A stretch of DNA of 63,491 bases, counting the filler, from Choristocarpus tenellus KU-1152 (Eukaryota; Protista; Phaeophyceae), in assembly GCA_964200185.2 (NCBI GenBank). It is 6 parts of 6 records of this genome, joined end to end, with 100 filler letters (N's around TTAATTAATTAA, not from the genome) between each part and the next. Parts side by side here need not be neighbours in the genome. Positions count along the whole stretch, not along the records: positions 23,121 to 28,582 come from CAXNAD020010711.1; positions 28,683 to 50,342 come from CAXNAD020000330.1; 4 more parts are not named here. One strand, 5' to 3'. The position numbers and the translations under genes were made by a program. The notes below the pieces were generated by a model. That model had not been told where the DNA came from. It searched no databases and was given only the letters and a program-made list of their open reading frames with translations. Positions 26,896 to 38,845 of the stretch are shown here, one piece after another; position 1 is the first letter of the stretch, and each line of letters opens with the position of its first letter.

Positions 26896-27954
26896 ATGAG
26901 CAGGGCGAGAGGGGCGAAGCGAAGCGTCAACTACAGTACAGACGGTACAGGGATCGAGGATGACGAGGTGTGCTCAGCCTAACCCAAATCTACCCGCCCT
27001 CTCCCCTCCCCTGCATATCGAACTCTTGGTGACACATATGATGGTGAATCGCAAGTCCAAAGGCCTATTTGCCACCCAAATTTCCGTTCCCGACAACATC
27101 CAAAGCACTGAAGTGTATCTCAATCTATGATTCTCACATTCAAGGTTCATAGTTTTAGCACTAAGCCACGCCTCAGGATACCCACCCTTACCCTCCCCCC
27201 TCCCTAGGACGACCTTTTCGAGGACAAGCCACGAAAGAAGAGGTCCAGCAGTGCATCCAAGCCAGGCAAGGCCAAGAAAGCTCGCACCAAGAACAGCAAT
27301 GATGGGAGGGGGGGTGGTGAAGGCCCCAAAACAACCAAGCAGGAACTAGTGCCAACATCCAATCGCCCTCGTCGAAACAGCAAAGGCCCCTCAACATATT
27401 TGGAGAAATCTGATGAGGAAGAGGGAGAATCTGCAATGGAAGTGGAGGAGGATAGTCTTGGCGGGGAGGACAGTGCAGAGGATGATGTGGAAGACAAAGG
27501 GGATAGTGATGTCCAAGAAGTTCGCGAAGAAACCAACTCAGAGGTGGAAAACCCCCCGAGGGAAAAGAGCCCATCGAAGGGAAAAGGGACAGCAAAAAGA
27601 GCCAACCCTAGAGGTGACAAACCCACACCAAGGTCTAAGACGAAGGCAAATTCGGCATCTGGCAGCAGATCTGATGCCTCAGGGAAGACTGCAAACAACA
27701 AAGAGAACGGTGACAGCAATTGCAACGCCTCCAAGGTCGAAGTGGTGAAGGATGGTGACAAGGATGACAGGTTTGCCTTTGAGGACACTCCCAGCAGAGC
27801 AAAGGTCAATACACCATCAAAGCGCAAGAGCTCTGCAGCCACTAGCACAGGAGACGGGAGTGCTCGAGCAAAGGTCAAAAGGCCTCGGACTTCAAAGACT
27901 CCCACTGGTCCAATGGAGAATGTACACCCCCCAGCCAAGAGCAGCGAAGATGAG
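26896..27954 (+). CDS. Lys/Glu/Ser-rich, probably nuclear protein, 5' exons (26896-26967, 27208-27954); incomplete
   Basis: MSRARGAKRSVNYSTDGTGIEDDE|DDLFEDKPRKKR... joined in phase 0. The 249-codon exon has NLS-like basic clusters and acidic tracts and ends at GAG|GTATGA. Confidence 0.7.
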
Positions 27955-28582
27955 GTATGAGAATGCCAGGTGTTCAACTTGAAGGAGGAATTTTTGTTTG
28001 ATGGAACATGTGGAAATGTGTTGGGTGTTTTTTGCTACGAAGGGGTATGGGGTCTTTGTGAGAATGGTGTGGATCATTTGTTCATGGGAGGCATAGATAT
28101 ACTTTTCATACCAGGCAACACTCTACACAGGCACCGCAGATATGTAGTCGATATTTCTCTCTAGGATATAGCTCACATGCAGTTGAGAAGGTGGGTCATT
28201 GCGGAGGTTTCCAGTCAAAATAATGCCCTCATTTTTAAGCAGTGCCATCTAAGTGCCGACGAGAGCCACCCTGACTGTCTGACCAAAAAAATCTCCCAGT
28301 ACATGTCCAACTTCGTTTTTACTTTTTACCAAGGCACCCACCCTCCCGATCTAAAGTACTTCATGCATCACAGTGCAGGAGGTGGATAAAATATTGTCGT
28401 GCACAACATTAGTACAGTGACGCCTTTAAGAGACCCTGGGAAATAGATACATAGATAGGTCATTTGGTAGCTAATCATTACCCTTCTGCTGCTGTGGAGA
28501 GTCACACCCCTTTCTTGTGTTACATTTCTCCCACTTCGAGACCCATACCTCCTCTCTCTCGAAAGTGCTATTCCAGTCCCCC

Positions 28583-28682
28583 NNNNNNNNNNNNNNNNNN
28601 NNNNNNNNNNNNNNNNNNNNNNNNNNTTAATTAATTAANNNNNNNNNNNNNNNNNNNNNNNNNNNNNNNNNNNNNNNNNNNN
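28583..28682. other. Artificial contig spacer
   Basis: N44-TTAATTAATTAA-N44. Confidence 0.98.
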
Positions 28683-31600
28683 TTGAGGGCAAGGAGTTGG
28701 ACGGTGTTGACCATTGGGAGGCATTATTGAAGGCAGATCAGGAAGAGATTGCGCCAGCACGGACGGAGCTCATTCTGGGGTGAGATAAGGTGTTGCAGGT
28801 ATCGTAGGCTTGCATTGGGAAAAAAATGTATGGGAATATTCCATCGTGTCTTTTGTGCTTGGATTTTGTGTGAATTGTGTGGGAATATGTCGTTGCCCCT
28901 CCCCCTCCCCTCTCTCGGTGTGGTTGAACCTGATAACCTGATTTGGTTTTGTTTGAAATGAGGTATCTGACTGGAGGGAAAAAAGGGCTTTGTGAGGCAT
29001 TGTTGACTCTGTGCACCTAAGGACAAAGTACAGCGAGCTGTTCAGAAGATGTGGGGAAAAGATATGTTTATAGGCACATTCTGTCTTGTTTTTTCCCAAG
29101 AAGATGTAAAAAAGTATTGAAAAGAAAAAAACACTTGGTTCTCCTGCTGGGGGGAAGGTACAGCAGCTCCGGAGGCCCCTGCCAAAACAGACATGCTGGG
29201 ACATGGCCCATTTAATGAAAACATGTGGTCCAATGACGATGCTGCGCATGTAAATGGATGGGTAATAGCCTGAATGTAGCTTGTGCTCATGTCCTTCCCT
29301 AACCCTAACCCCCATCCTAATCCTTACCACACACACATGCATGCACCAGGTACGAACAGTACTTCTGGGATGATGACTCAGCGGCCAACAAAATGATGCC
29401 TACCAGAGGGGCCTTCATCTCAGGGGACTGGAAAGTCATTGTCAATGAGTGGTGAGTTCGTGGCTACTCTACCCTAACACTATATACCCCGTTTTGTCCA
29501 TTCCTGACTTTCTTTCTTGGCCTCTTGCCTGTGTGGGAGCCGTGTACCTGACATCATCAAATGCTTTTCTTCATACACTGTACAGTTACTACTCTCAAGT
29601 ACTAACAGTATTGTAGTTCTTTGAACAACAGCTGAAATTGGGAGGTGTTTGTAGTGAACATCAAGGTACGTGGATGGTACGGAAGCAGCAGTGATGATGA
29701 TTTTTCTTGCCCAGGAACCTTGGAGGAACACAAGGGTACTACCAGGTAGTACTAGAATAATAATCAGTTCAGAATGTTTTTGCAGCAGTTGGTTAATTCT
29801 TGTGGTAGTGTGGTCTGTGGACTAGATACCTTTTTTGGAAGGCTGTACATACTGGCAATATCAATATCACAAGTATTTGTAAATCTCTCACGAACGATGC
29901 TTGAACATTAAGTCAGAAAGTGCTTGGGGTTGCTTCCAACTGAATATTGGGGAGTTGATGGGTCAGTTGGTGTGATGATATGAGGTATGTTGATGATGGT
30001 ATATGGGGGAATCGATCATACCGTTATTGTTTTTCTTTTTTTGTGTTGACTTGGACTGCTAGAGTCGATCGCAGTCCTATTTTATATATAAATCCCAACT
30101 AGAACCATAAATATATATAAATCCCAACTAGAACCATAAAAACGAACAGACTTTGCAAAGTTCAACCCTGAACAGAAAGCTGATGCTAAATCTTAGACCC
30201 AACTTGTAACCTTTTTCCTTTTTTAATCTAAGGTGCTCTGGTTGGTATAGCCACTCAAAGGCCGATCCTGTCCCGATAGGGTTTTGTGTTGGAAGTGGTG
30301 AGTGCTTGGATTCTTCTTGTTCTGGTGATCCTGAGTACTTGACATCTGACTACCTGTTCAATCTCAAGGAAGACCCTGAGGAAAAGGTGAGATAGTAGTT
30401 TTCCAACTCTTCAACATGCTGTTGAACTTATGTGAAAGAGGGCAAGGTGCTCAATGAGAAGATGTTCAATCCCCTCAAAAACAAGAGTGTGATCTGAATG
30501 GTACAGTACCAATGAAATGTGTATACTTGTGATTAATGTGACAAGAATTGGGAAGTGTAACTTCTCACCATCAAAAGAGAGACTGACCCTTGAAGAAAGG
30601 CAAGGGAGGTAAGGATCAGTTCATTGTACTAAAAACGGTTTGAGCATTTTTCAAGGATTTTGTGGACAGATAGTGTAACCTTCTCATTGCGCCAATTAAG
30701 AGTAAGAGCAGTTCTTGTATTGGCGAGGGAAACTGATATTGTAGCTATTGTCATCAAATGCCAACATGAAATTTGACCTTACGAATTTCTTCATGGATGA
30801 AACATCACTACTTTTTGTATTCTTGGGAATAACATGTTGCCAAATCGTGTAAAGGGGAAGTGCATCTTTCAATGGTGGTACCCTACATATTGTCCATGCA
30901 TACCTGGTGTGAATGGACAGCAGTTTGGTTGATCTAGTTTGGAAGCTTGGCCTAGAAGAACGTATGTAGACACTGAGTCCTCCTGGTTTGTAGAGAGTTT
31001 TAGATTGAGAAAGGGTTTTGGTATCATGGTGCAACATGCCTAGCGTTTGTTTATGGTAACCTTCTGTTGGTTCCACAAGACCACTTCCAATAACTTGCAC
31101 CTTACACACATATATGTAAGTACATTTTTTCTTTGTTTTTGTGTTTTTCTTAAGAATAGCACCTTTTTTGCTGTATTTATTTTTGATCTGTTTTTTTCTT
31201 ATCGCCCTTTCTAATTTTATTAGCGATGGAGTTTTTGACCTTAATAGCTCTCGACTCAAGCCTTGTCTCTCTTGCCTTTGCTTGCGTTCCCTGTGTTCCA
31301 CCCCAAGGTGAACCTGATCCAAACCTACCCCAGCAAGGCTTCAGAGTTGATCAAACAATGGGATTCAATAGGTTCCGCGGGTGCAGTGTTTCCACTGTTT
31401 ACAGCACAAGATGCCACTGTGTATGACGTGAGTTTCGTAGTGAAATATGTGGGACTGGGGTGACAATCATCGAACTAGTCATGCTTGGGGGAGGGTATGA
31501 CTGCAAAGCGATCGTTATCACAAACCAAACGCTCCATACCTGAAACATGGTACTTGAGGAGTGTCTCATTAGTTATCTAGAATTTGTTCCTCCTTTCATC

Positions 31601-32470
31601 TTTATTCTTAAATTTCGACCTCGAGTCTTGTACGGGGTCTATTGTGAAGAGACACAACTTTTTCTTTTCATGTGTCAGGGGTTTGTTCCATGGAGGGTTG
31701 CATCATGAAGGGCCCTGATTTACCCTGGGGGAAGTGTCTGTGTGTTGCTTCTCCACTAAGCAGTAAAATGTGATTTTTCAAGTGATAGGCATTGAATCTG
31801 TTTTGGTCTTGACCCCAAGAATCAGGTAAGGCTGCAACCCTCTCCCAGATTCCCCCTCCTCATGAAGGCAAAAACATGAGAAATTGATAGTAGAGGGAGT
31901 CGTTGTTTCCAGTTCACTTTTGCCCAGGCAAAGTGCTATTACAGGCAGGTATAAGACAACACTGTTGTGTGTGGTGCGTGTTATTGTTGAACCACTATTG
32001 CCAAACTTGATTTTTTTTAAATTGTGATATTTGTTGGTGCTTGTTAAAGAGTTATTTGGTTGCAGTGAGCCCCTTCTATACGACCCTATTGTCCCAATTC
32101 CAATGTAGTGGAGGAGGAAATTTATTTCTTTTTCAAGGTACTTCATTGTTGATATTTTTGTTTTTATAAAGTATGAAGCGCTTTCTGAAGAAAATAGTAT
32201 ACCCATGCCCATTGTTAGATCAGAGGGGGGAAGTTTAGTTTTGACACACCCTTTGTTTCTACTGCTTGTAAGTACCAAGATCATCATTGATCCACTCAAT
32301 ACTTCCATTCTACTAAAATTCTGGACCATAAGTTAGAGCCTGCGTTGAGCTGCTCTCGATGTCCTCATTGTTGAGTTCTGACCCAGTGTACATTCCCTTC
32401 TATGCGTTGTCAGGTGTGGAATCAGTACAACAGGTATGTTGTGCCAATTAGTGGGAATGTATGTGGGTAG
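28683..32470 (+). CDS. Arylsulfatase (S1 family, ARSB-like), C-terminal exons 28683-28779, 29350-29451, 30233-30386, 31308-31427, 32414-32470
   Basis: The spliced product reads LDGVDHWEAL...ARTELILG/YEQYFW...RGAFISGDWKVIVNEW/CSGWY...DYLFNLKEDPEEK/VNLIQTYP.../VWNQYNRYVVP. These are typical sulfatase C-terminal motifs (LDG.D.W, GDWK, LFNL..DP.E..NL). The catalytic N-terminus lies outside the contig. Confidence 0.85.
30083..30141. repeat. Tandem duplication of a ~30-bp unit
   Basis: TATATATAAATCCCAACTAGAACCATAAAA twice, intronic. Confidence 0.85.
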
Positions 32471-35149
32471 GTTGTCTTTTCTTTTTTTGTTGAGGGCTGG
32501 GTGTGTATGTGATGCGACATTGTAAACGTTGTTCTTGTTGGGTAGAAAATGTCAAAACGTGACTTTTCACCAACAAAAAGGTGTGACTCGAACCGTTTCA
32601 GCAGAATGTTCTGCTATGAAAGGATGAACAAGTAACCCTTGTATATTGCATATCATGATTTGAGTTGTGGAGTAGTCTTCAGTTGATGCTGCAGCTGTCA
32701 TTTCCGTATTCCAGTCAGTGATGCGAAGGCTGAGGAGGTACAACAGTAGAAGACTTGTCTGCGTGAGAATGTTATCGTTTATAGAATGGTATGTATGCTA
32801 CATTGAGCCAATGGGGTGCGTTTCCTCTGCAATATTTTACATTTCCTAGAGCTCTGGTCCCTCATTCTTGTCAGTCTGTTGTGATGCAAAACGTATTTGC
32901 AATTAGTCCTGATGTATCTTGGCTGCTTGCGTTGATGGTGTTACTGTTGTTCACATATATGTATGTAGGTGTCTGTTTCTGTGTGCGCGTTGGTCTTTTC
33001 ATTGGGTGGTGAAAATACTCCTTGGTGATTGGTCAATATTTGTTTTTGGTGTTGCTTTTTGTGCTGTTGTTTTTTCCAAACGATTTTTGTGTCCTTTTTC
33101 ACATACCCAATTTTGTTGTCCAGCAGCAAAGCCCATCACACTTTTAGAGGTATTTTCACTGCGCATGTTGATTTGGTGCCAAGCGGCTTCTTATCTTCTT
33201 TGGGCTTGCCTTGAATACCTGCAAGTTCTGTGGAGTATAGTATGGGAGTGCTTGTTTGTTCAGCAGGAAGGGATGAGCATGGAGTGGATGTTCGCTCCCT
33301 GTTGAAGTAATATGTAAAAAATGGATGACAAGTTTCACAGTGTAAGACGAAACTATATGTATAACCTATGTACACATGCGATTTCATGTGGATATTGCAA
33401 GATGTGGCGTTATCAATAGAATGAGTTTGTTGGTGATCACCTACGTATGAAATAGTTAGGGTGTTGGGGTCATGAGTAATCGACAAAAGGACACTTGAGG
33501 AGGTAGGTCTCTCTCTGGATGGTCTCGGAACTATGAGTGCCATATTTCGATTCAGAGTCATGAAAGGTGAGTGAGACATTGTCTGCATCACATCTCTCAG
33601 TCTTGACTCTCGGAATTTTCGTCTTGCATGGTATCAACCTTCTCCCACATCATGGTGACACCGTATCCTTGAGGGAAATGAGAGCACTGGGCCACATGCT
33701 ACATCCTGCCCTGAGCACAGATGCATTTGTTATGATGCTGGAATTTGCATTCAAGTGGAAAGAAGTTGCAGATGGTGTACAGGTCATGCACACACCTTCA
33801 AAATTGTAGTATTTGGTGTGGTAACATAGTATGTCAGAAAATGATACCTAACATCTAGACGATGGGAATGGGGGCCTCACAGATACAGACCTGTCACCTG
33901 ATGGTTTCACTAGCCTTGTAAGGTGAGAAGGAGCCTGATGTGTGTCTTCTGCGGAATGGAACTTCTGTAGGTGACACTATCAGTACTTTGCTACGCATTC
34001 TGCCAGCTACAAAATGTATGGTAGAATTTTAGGAAGATGTTCTATCACTGATTAAGACAAGGCTTGACATCTCGTCGTTCCACTGGTCTTGTTCAAAATA
34101 ATCTGTCGTGCATTATGTGGAACAGATCTTCAAAAATAGAACAAATACATAGTGTATAATTACTGGTACGTAAGCTGCTTCTATGATAAGGGTATCGGTG
34201 AAGATGTTTCCACTCTTGAGGCAGATCGTGATGCAAATTACTTCATATCACAGACTCCCCACCCACCCCCATCCCTCTATATATCTTACAACATACCTTC
34301 CACTTGATCCTCCCACATCCCCAAAAGATTACTGCTGGGACTTTAATTCCCTCAACAGTGGAAAGAGTAGATAGGTTGTAGCAGTAGTTTGAACTGGAGC
34401 ATTAATTCAACACAAGGTTGCATTCCTACCTTACACGCACTGGTAAAGGATTAAACCCCAGGTGACACTTGACACTTTTGATGGGTGTTGTAGTTGAGTA
34501 GGTCTAAACACACTCTCCACAATGTATTTGTTTGGATGATAGGATTCCAATCAGCTGATGATGCTGATGGACTCCCATAATTGTCTAGGGAAAGGCACGC
34601 CTCCTTAACAATTCATTCGATAGCAGCAGCCAGTAGCAGTGGGTACAAACAGTAGAAGTGATGACTTCACACCAAATGTTCATTTTATTGACCCTATTTC
34701 TTCTTTTGGGAGCATCAACCAAACCAATAAAGCAAAGAGTAACAGCACCCAGTTCAACACTGTCAAACACAACCAACTGCTACATAAAACAGTACCAAAT
34801 TAAAGAGTAAGCCCATAAATTGTGTCTCGCAGATAACAAGTACTGTACACGTTTGGATTTTTGCTTCACCCTGTCTTGAGCCTACACATGCAGGCTCTGC
34901 GAATGCAGGGTAAGGAACATTATGACAAATACTACTAAACTAGCAGTTCCCTAGCCCTAGAAGATTTCTGATTCTTATACCACTGTTGGAAATGGTCTGT
35001 TTTTACCCGAAGGTACACCTACAGATGTCCACCGGCTTTTTAAGTGTATTGCATTTTCACAGGCAAACTGCCAACTTAATCCAGAATTTTCTGCACTCCA
35101 CTGTGTTGGAAACTATCAGTTTTATCGAGCAGCATGACCTTACACATTT

Positions 35150-35375
35150 GAGTGAAAGTATCTTAGAGGGTACGAGTTTTTCCCTTTTTGTCCATTTGGG
35201 GCTTGGCTTCCCATGTTTTTTCATATGAGACTTTCCTACTCCAAAATGTTCAGAGTAGGTAAAATGTGTACGTTATGAAAAGGCATGTCCGGAACATAGA
35301 TATTGACACTTCCTAAAAAACACAATAGCCAAAATTACATCAAAATCGCAACACTGGATTATGGCCCCCAAATGG
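35150..35375 (+). mobile_element. MITE family copy (3' TIR degraded)
   Basis: Starts GAGTGAAAGTATCTTAGAGGGTA and is colinear with the 43033 copy. Confidence 0.85.
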
Positions 35376-35810
35376 TACAAGCAATTCCCTATGCATACTG
35401 TCAAAAGTTATTCTATTTGTCATACCATACCACCAACCAAGCCTAACCCTTAGTTATTAAAACACTGGTGTCAATGGGTACAGCATCCAACAGGCACACT
35501 TGATGCATGTACAGTAGAACAAGAGGGAATATTGATGAGGGATGCCTGGGGTGAAGTTTGTTGATCCTGTTTGACCTCTGACACGAGGATGGGGAACTAA
35601 AGCAAGAGTGAGTACCCCTGAATTGTTTTTTTTTCTATTTTATGAAAAATCAATCGTTTGGCATCTCAAAAAAGCAGGGCAGCATGCAAAACCATTCCAA
35701 CCACCAAGCTCCAAGGGTAGGTAAGGGGCACACCACACAAACCGATCAAAACATATCTAGCCATCCATGACAACGACCGGCGACACTGGGCAAACAAAAA
35801 AAAAACTAAC

Positions 35811-35963
35811 GATGGGAACCTCTTGACAGTAGTTAATAAATAATAAATATTGAAGTACAAGAAATTAAGGATGGGAATCTCTTGACAGTAGTTAATAAAC
35901 ACTCAAGTACAAGAAACTAAGGATGGGAATCTCTTGACAGTAGTTAATAAATACTCAAGTACA
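35811..35963. repeat. Minisatellite, three copies of a ~52-59-bp unit
   Basis: GATGGGAATCTCTTGACAGTAGTTAATAAA...AAGTACA occurs three times. Confidence 0.85.
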
Positions 35964-38845
35964 GGACACATTAAAAAACCGCTGCACGTACCCGTACTAC
36001 TACCATCACCGTACCAAAACATTAGGTACAAAATAAAAAAAACTAAAATAAAAAAATCACGCCATCATTGAGTTAGTTAGTTGCCTCCGATTCAGAGGTG
36101 AATCTCGCTCCGGTTGGCATCATGTTGGGGATTCCTGACGACAAAACGGGAAAGGCGATCCCAATCGCAGGTGACGTCAACTTCCTCGCATCGGGGTCGT
36201 ACGTCAGAGGACCCTACCGCCAATAAAAAAGAAGAAAAAAGAAGAAGCGGACAATAGGCGGCAAAGAGTCAACGGAAAAAATAAAATAAAAAACCCTGGT
36301 GACTTCTTGAAGACCGGGAGAAGAGGCCGGACTAAAAAGATACAGATTCTACTGCTCGGGTGGGGAGCCTTGTTGCAGGGATGGGATACTTGGGGGAAAA
36401 TGTTGCGGTTATGTTCGCCTTCATGGGGTATGTATATATATATATATATAACCCAGGCAATGGTGGCAAGTGTAATTATAATTTGCCCATCTTAGGAAAA
36501 ATCCGAGAACATTGTTCTTTGCTGCGATGCGTCACTTCGCTATTGAGTACAAATCAGCACATCAAGCAGCAAAATATCGATGGATGTGGAGGGTATTTTG
36601 GTGAGGAACGTCGACTCTTTGAGCTGGACTCGAAGGTATCTTCCACCCCTCAAACTGTGAACGTTAGCACTACGTATGTTCTTATCTGGGTCACTCACTG
36701 GAGAGTAGCAAATTACTCAACCTCCTCAACAATGCTGCGAATAGATGTTACTGAAAGAAACCTTACGAACAGGTTGCCGTGGGAAAATATTGCAGCATTA
36801 TAAAAATAATAAAAAATAATGCAGTATGGGGGGTGGTAGTATGGCAAAATTCCAAGAAACGACAAAAATATTTTTTTATAAAAAATATTTAAACAGGAAG
36901 AATCAAAAGCACAACGCAATCTCTCTGTGGAGGGGAATAGACTTCCAGTATTCACCATACCAAGTGCTTATCCCTAATGCATAAGAACATACTTCTACAG
37001 TAGCGATAAAATCCACTCCAAAGGTGTGGACTGTGCGCCCCCCAAAAAATCCACCAGGAAGTCATAGGCGGCCCTACAATCCAGCATAGCCCCCCCCTCT
37101 CAGTTACCTATACCTCTTAAGTATGCACAAGCTCTAGGGGGACGCATAACACCGGAAAACGCATCTGGGAATGTATCTGGACCTCCGGTTCATATCATTC
37201 TACAGCTCTCATTCCTACGGGACAGCTTGTACTTACGTACATATCCTTATGGTCCTCATTTTAAACGCAACGTTCGTAGCTATTGGAGTACACAAGGTAT
37301 ACTATCCCAAAGAGCTAAATAAAATTGTGATTACTACCTTGATAGTTCGTAGTGTTGGCAATTAGTTGAGGGGGAATAGCATAGGTCGAGGGTAGGGAAA
37401 CAGGTGAGAGCCTAATGCAGGACAGGGGAATAGCGAAGACATAGCAGTTGTAGCCTGTTCGCTCCTTCTTGTTGTATTTTACAATCATTTCCATTTAGAG
37501 GTACTTGTGTACTCTATTGCGCTATGCTATGTTGCCCTGAATTTAATTCGAATAAGACATTTGGGTTGCGCCTGCCAGTGCCTCGCTGTACTCATCCCCT
37601 CGACTTCAACAGTTGTTGCACAGGTGGACAAAAAAAAGTATGCAAATTTACAAAAACGGGAAATGATATTGTGGATGATCCAAAGGACTGCTGTAACTAA
37701 AGAGGATGCCTTACATTGGCGTTAACGGGGTTCGACAAATACAATAGCAAGTCGGAACGCCTTTTCGGTTGAGGGGTTGATAGACGCAAAAGCCCTCCTT
37801 CACCATTTCTTAGCTTCTTTCAGACCATTCTTCGGTTCCTCTCCTCCATGTTGACGGAATAGACAAAGTGATACCAAACTCTGAAGTACCTGAGCAATAG
37901 CTCATCACTGCGTTCAACAAAATTTCAATACATAAGGATCTGACCGTATGCCTACCTGCTAAATACAGGGAATTTACGAGGACATGAATGGGGCATGAGT
38001 AGAGCACATCTGACACCCATGCTTCTACATATTTTTTTCCGATATGCATTGATTCACTGGGATGATATTTTCACCTTAGAGAACGGACAAGCAAGAGTCT
38101 GCAGAACCCACGAGTCGACGTCCTGTTTGTCACACACGGTAGAGGCTGGACGATACTGTTCACTCCGAGATTTTTGAACCCAATTCTTTGAGCATCCATG
38201 GCAGCGGAGGAAACCGCCGTGACGGGAAAATCGTGCAAGGTTTGAGCTCATTGAACAGTAAGGTGTGTAGTTCACTTCACCTCTTGTAATATTCGTTGTC
38301 TGAAATCCCATTAAATATAGGGTTGGGGGTTCCTATCCTCTAGTTTTTAAACATTTCCAAAACATGTGAATATGAATATACCACCACCCGATTTCATCCC
38401 AAACCAGAAATAACATTCCAACTGCGACGATAAATGGTGTACCACAATATTGTCCTGAACTCTTCGCGACCTTGTCAGCACACATTACGATTTCCAACCC
38501 TCAATCCTTATCGCGTTAAGCACCTCCCCAGATATTCTGATGAACGAAATCTTCGACCTTCTGACGTCCCTCAGCTACAACGTGCTGTTTGGCCGACTAC
38601 TGTAGCTCCTACTACGAAGTATATATTGTGCAGGTCGAAGCAACGAAGCAACTCTTCTTTTGGAAACCGTCACATCGCTCAAATTCCCACTGTGGGGCGT
38701 GGGGAAACACCCTTGTCTGGGTTGTCTTCACGGTTTCAATACTGCACGCGGCTATTGGTTCCATCGATTTCCCGCTCGCACTTGTCGGCGACTCCCTTTG
38801 GTGATTTACATGGTGTGAAATATTAGAGTTGACGAGGTGAGCAAG

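Noticed and set aside
27204-27977. 257-aa minus-strand ORF and similar antisense ORFs (e.g. 5221-5658, 25095-25697)
   Set aside because: They are shadows of real exons on the opposite strand.
35811-35963. CRISPR-like repeat-spacer pattern
   Set aside because: The intervening sequences are near-identical, the context is eukaryotic and no cas genes are present; it is a minisatellite.
36131-36170. Hammerhead ribozyme core (CTGACGA...GAAA)
   Set aside because: No convincing stem II, and no stem III followed by an NUH cleavage site could be drawn.
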